Part shown: positions 61,385 through 64,000 of the stretch, piece by piece
Layout of the letters: every line of letters starts with the position of its first letter
Position numbering within the stretch: position 1 is the first letter of the stretch
NCBI GenBank assembly: GCA_965248205.1
Contig: CBDFIS010000006.1
Location: forward strand, 3,202,492 to 3,266,491
Length of the DNA: 64,000 nucleotides
Source: Bryobacterales bacterium
GTDB lineage: Bacteria > Acidobacteriota > Terriglobia > Bryobacterales > UBA6623
Reading direction: 5' to 3'
Notes under the pieces: model-generated
The model's input: the letters and a program-made list of their open reading frames with translations, nothing else
What the model was told of the DNA's origin: nothing
The model's database searches: none
Program-made: the position numbers and the translations under genes

Positions 61385-61604
61385 GGGAATCGGCCGTTGG
61401 CACGGCCGATTCTTTTGCCCCACCCCAACCCCCGCTCGGCCGCCACGGGCGGGCCGAGCGCCGAAAGGAACGGACCAGGATGCGACCAGCCGGGGCTGAC
61501 GCCCCGGGCCAGCGTTAATGGAATGTTGCCAGCCGTTGTGTAGTGCAGGCCCGGAAAGATGCCCGCTGCCCATGGTGTTAACTGAGGCTGTCCCGGTTTC
61601 CCCC
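61385..61604. repeat. Hairpin-rich ~220-bp repeat unit 'B', isolated copy
   Basis: Matches 62795-63020; contains ATCGGCCGT-TGGC-ACGGCCGAT and CCGGGGC-TGAC-GCCCCGG hairpins. Confidence 0.8.
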
Positions 61605-62606
61605 ATCGTTCCTTCCCCTTTCAGGGCTCGACTCTGTTCAATTCCTCCTAGGGTTCCGCCGTTCCGGCTCCACCCTAGGCTAGATTCCGGCGCCGCTTCG
61701 CGGCTCAAACGTCGTGAGAGCCGCCTGGCGGCGGCTGGGACAAACAGGTGTGTTCGTCCCTACCGGGAGCGGTCGAGCGCCAACGGCCAAGGGATCCTCG
61801 CTGAGGGGAAGGATGCTAGGCGAAGATAGATGAGTTGTACGCGGTCCCCGCTCGTCGAGAAGAGCACGTGTGTCCAAGTGTCTTGGGCGATGACCGATTC
61901 CGTATTGACTCTGGCCATGAATCAGAATATCCCCCTTCGCTATCTTGCCCGCGGCGCTCAGAACCAACCGTAACCCATTGATTGCAATTGGCTTGCGCGA
62001 GATTGGGTTTGTTTCGTATTTCTCCCTCTGTGCCTCAGTGTGAATGCCGGCCTCTGCGGTCTCCCTCACCATCGCCGGTGGGTCAAGTACCCTCGTCGGA
62101 CGGTGAACGATTGGCCTCGAGTCGGGCCGGAACCACTGCCCACGCGCCGGGCCCGCGCCCTGACGGGCACGGCTCTTTCCGGTGCTCGACGCCGGCCTCT
62201 TCACGATTCTTACCCCATGCAACCGGCTGAAAACAGCCGCGGCGCCGGACAAAGACAGCGCAGGCGCGCTCGGCGTCCCGCCAAGAATCATATATGCCTC
62301 CGAGACCAATTTGACCCCGTATTCGGCCAGAAAAAGCCGCCGGGCGGCGTCAAAAGATGGCCTAGGAGTGGGCTAGCGGGCGATTTTCGTCACCTGGCGA
62401 TGGGTTGGCAGGCGAGGGGAGCGGCGATGGGAGCGTCCCAGCTAATGGTTAAGTCTGCTGAATTGTGAGACATAGAAGCGTTCGCAGCCGCCCAGGCAAG
62501 AGCCAGTGGCAGAAAGTGGCGGAAATACGAGGGTCATCCCTCCGAGATTCCGCTTTCTGGGCCCCGTACCAGAATAGGGGACCGATTGGGGGTTAGAAGG
62601 GCCCCA

Positions 62607-63216
62607 GGGGCCTAAGTCGTTGAGGCGGCGAGGAGAAAAAATGTGAAAAGTCTGTGACCGGGTTTTGAGGGGGTGCTGGAAAGTGTCCTTTCGACCTGAT
62701 CTACCGTGCCAAAACCATGTTGTAGCGCAGTCCTAGCGAAAGGAAACGCCACCAAGCGAATGGTGGGAGAGTGGGGCGACTGGCCAGAAAGAGTGGGATC
62801 GGCCGTTGGGACGGCTGATTTTCTGTCCGACCCCAAGCCCCCCTCGGCCGCCCCGCCCGGCCAAGCGCCGAAAGGAACGACCAGTGTTGGTGGGCGACCA
62901 GCCGGGGCTGACGCCCCGGGCCAGCATTAATGGAAGGTTGCCAGCGGGGTGTAGTGCGGGCTCGGAAGGATGCCCGCGGCCCATGGTGTTGATATAAGTG
63001 AGGCTGTCCCGGTCTCCCCCGGGGGCCTAAGTCGTTGAGACGGTGGGGAGAAAAAATATGAAGAGTCTGTGACAGGGTTGTGCGGGAGTGGTGGAAAGCA
63101 TCCTCGAGGCCGGATTTTCCGCGCCAAAATCGTGTCCTAGCGTAGGGAAAACACCGCCTAGCGGATGGTGTTAGGTGTGCGGGAGAGTGGCCAGGAGGGG
63201 GATCGGCCGTTGGCAC
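62607..63216. repeat. Tandem A-B-A-B(partial) diverged repeat, ~415-bp period
   Basis: GGGGCCTAAGTCGTTGAG.CGG.G.GGAGAAAAAAT.TGAA.AGTCTGTGAC at 62607 and 63022; GATCGGCCGTTGG at 62797 and 63201. Confidence 0.8.
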
Positions 63217-63388
63217 TTCAAAAAACTCAGCGCCGCCCTCCCCACTGCCTTGCTTTATGCTTCCCCTTGAACCTTTTGCCCCTCCTGTTTCCGCCTCGAA
63301 CTTGCTTTCAAAACGCCAAAGTCAAGGCGTCGACACGAGTGTCGACGCCCGGGCGCAATTCATTACGCCTGCGGATAGGGTCTGCAGC

Positions 63389-63660
63389 TTAGTTTTCCAC
63401 AGATCCGCCAGGGAGCAGTTGTCCGCTGTAGTTCTTGGTCAGGTAGGTTATGGTTTTCTTGTGCACTTCGAGTCCGATATTCCGATATAGTGAAGTCCGT
63501 TCATGAGCGCGATCTCCCTGGTTGGTTTCCGAGCCGGCCCCACGGCCGGGCTCAGCATGATGCCGATCGAGGATGGCTGTTGCCTTGCTAGTGCTGCTGG
63601 GAATTATCACTTCAATGAGTTAGCTCCTCTGGCCTGCATTTGCACTTAAGGTCTCACATG
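63389..63660 (-). mobile_element. IS110-family remnant: noncoding left end plus first ~35 codons of the recombinase
   Basis: ATG 63504 after AGGGAG; MNGLHYIG, an 8-bp duplication TCCGATAT (63473-63488), then LEVHKKTITY, matching the yiGlDvHKkt N-terminal motif of IS110 recombinases. Confidence 0.7.
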
Positions 63661-64000
63661 GCCCCCTGGTTGAGCGGTTTATTCAAGAGAGAGCCTTCCC
63701 AAAAACCACTGCGAGGGACTCCCCAAGTCCGTCGCGAAAAGGCGTACTCGGCCGACACCGGTTACGTTTATCAGTATTTCTACGAAGGCTACCGCGACGC
63801 TGAACGCACGGGAAATCCCGGTCGAGAGTACGTCTTCGAGGTCAGTTCGGACCGTGCATCCCGATTCCCGGTGACCGTCTTTCTGAGTCGAACTGCCATT
63901 GAGGCCTGGCAGCGAGCGCACGGGTCCGAGCTCTCGCCCACCGAACAATACGCGGTTGTCAAGATGAGTCTGTTTCAGACGTTCGACGAGAGGACAGACT
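63658..64000 (+). CDS. Conserved hypothetical protein (runs off window; start 63658 ATG or 63670 TTG)
   Basis: Open frame ..VRREKAYSADTGYVYQYFYEGYR..EYVFEVSSDR..FPVTVFL..ELSPTEQYAVVKMSLFQTFDER with protein-like composition. Confidence 0.75.
   Translation, partial: MAPWLSGLFKREPSQKPLRGTPQVRREKAYSADTGYVYQYFYEGYRDAERTGNPGREYVFEVSSDRASRFPVTVFLSRTAIEAWQRAHGSELSPTEQYAVVKMSLFQTFDERTD

Noticed and set aside
60806-62468. ORFs 60806-61210, 61220-61708 and 61680-62309 as real genes
   Set aside because: No recognisable motifs, they overlap noncoding repeats, and their composition is shadow-like; a degraded gene near 60900-61200 cannot be excluded.
1-64000. tRNA, rRNA or riboswitch
   Set aside because: No cloverleaf (TTCGA/GGTTC T-arm with a matching acceptor stem) or rRNA-like tract was recognised by eye; a tRNAscan/Infernal run would be needed to exclude them formally.

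Overview
A high-GC bacterial chromosomal segment. Gene content (CRTAC1/ASPIC-UnbV proteins, 'acido' quinoprotein plus cytochrome c, MoxR/VWA cluster, many TPR proteins) suggests Acidobacteriota, which is an inference. Core genes: a PAS hybrid histidine kinase (cut by the window edge), mtnA, uvrA, a selenocysteine formate dehydrogenase operon (fdnGHI, fdhE) with a UGA+SECIS readthrough, efp, trkAH, ndh and pyrE. Accessory content: a TPR/FG-GAP/ASPIC plus pentaheme-cytochrome cluster, a MoxR-DUF58-VWA-TPR/zincin cluster, and a phage-derived islet wedged between fdnI and fdhE that carries a three-gene RelE-like toxin/HTH/unknown module. Three apparently identical 1329-bp IS4-family copies, each with its own 9-bp target duplication, disrupt a cytochrome c (exactly in CxxCH), the toxin and an HD-GYP/GGDEF gene. 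A 9-bp duplication of the same length also frameshifts the PQQ dehydrogenase. Intergenic DNA is rich in REP/MITE families, a nested inverted-repeat cassette carrying an RT fragment, IS256 and IS110 remnants, and a ~415-bp structured repeat. No rRNA, tRNA or CRISPR array was seen.
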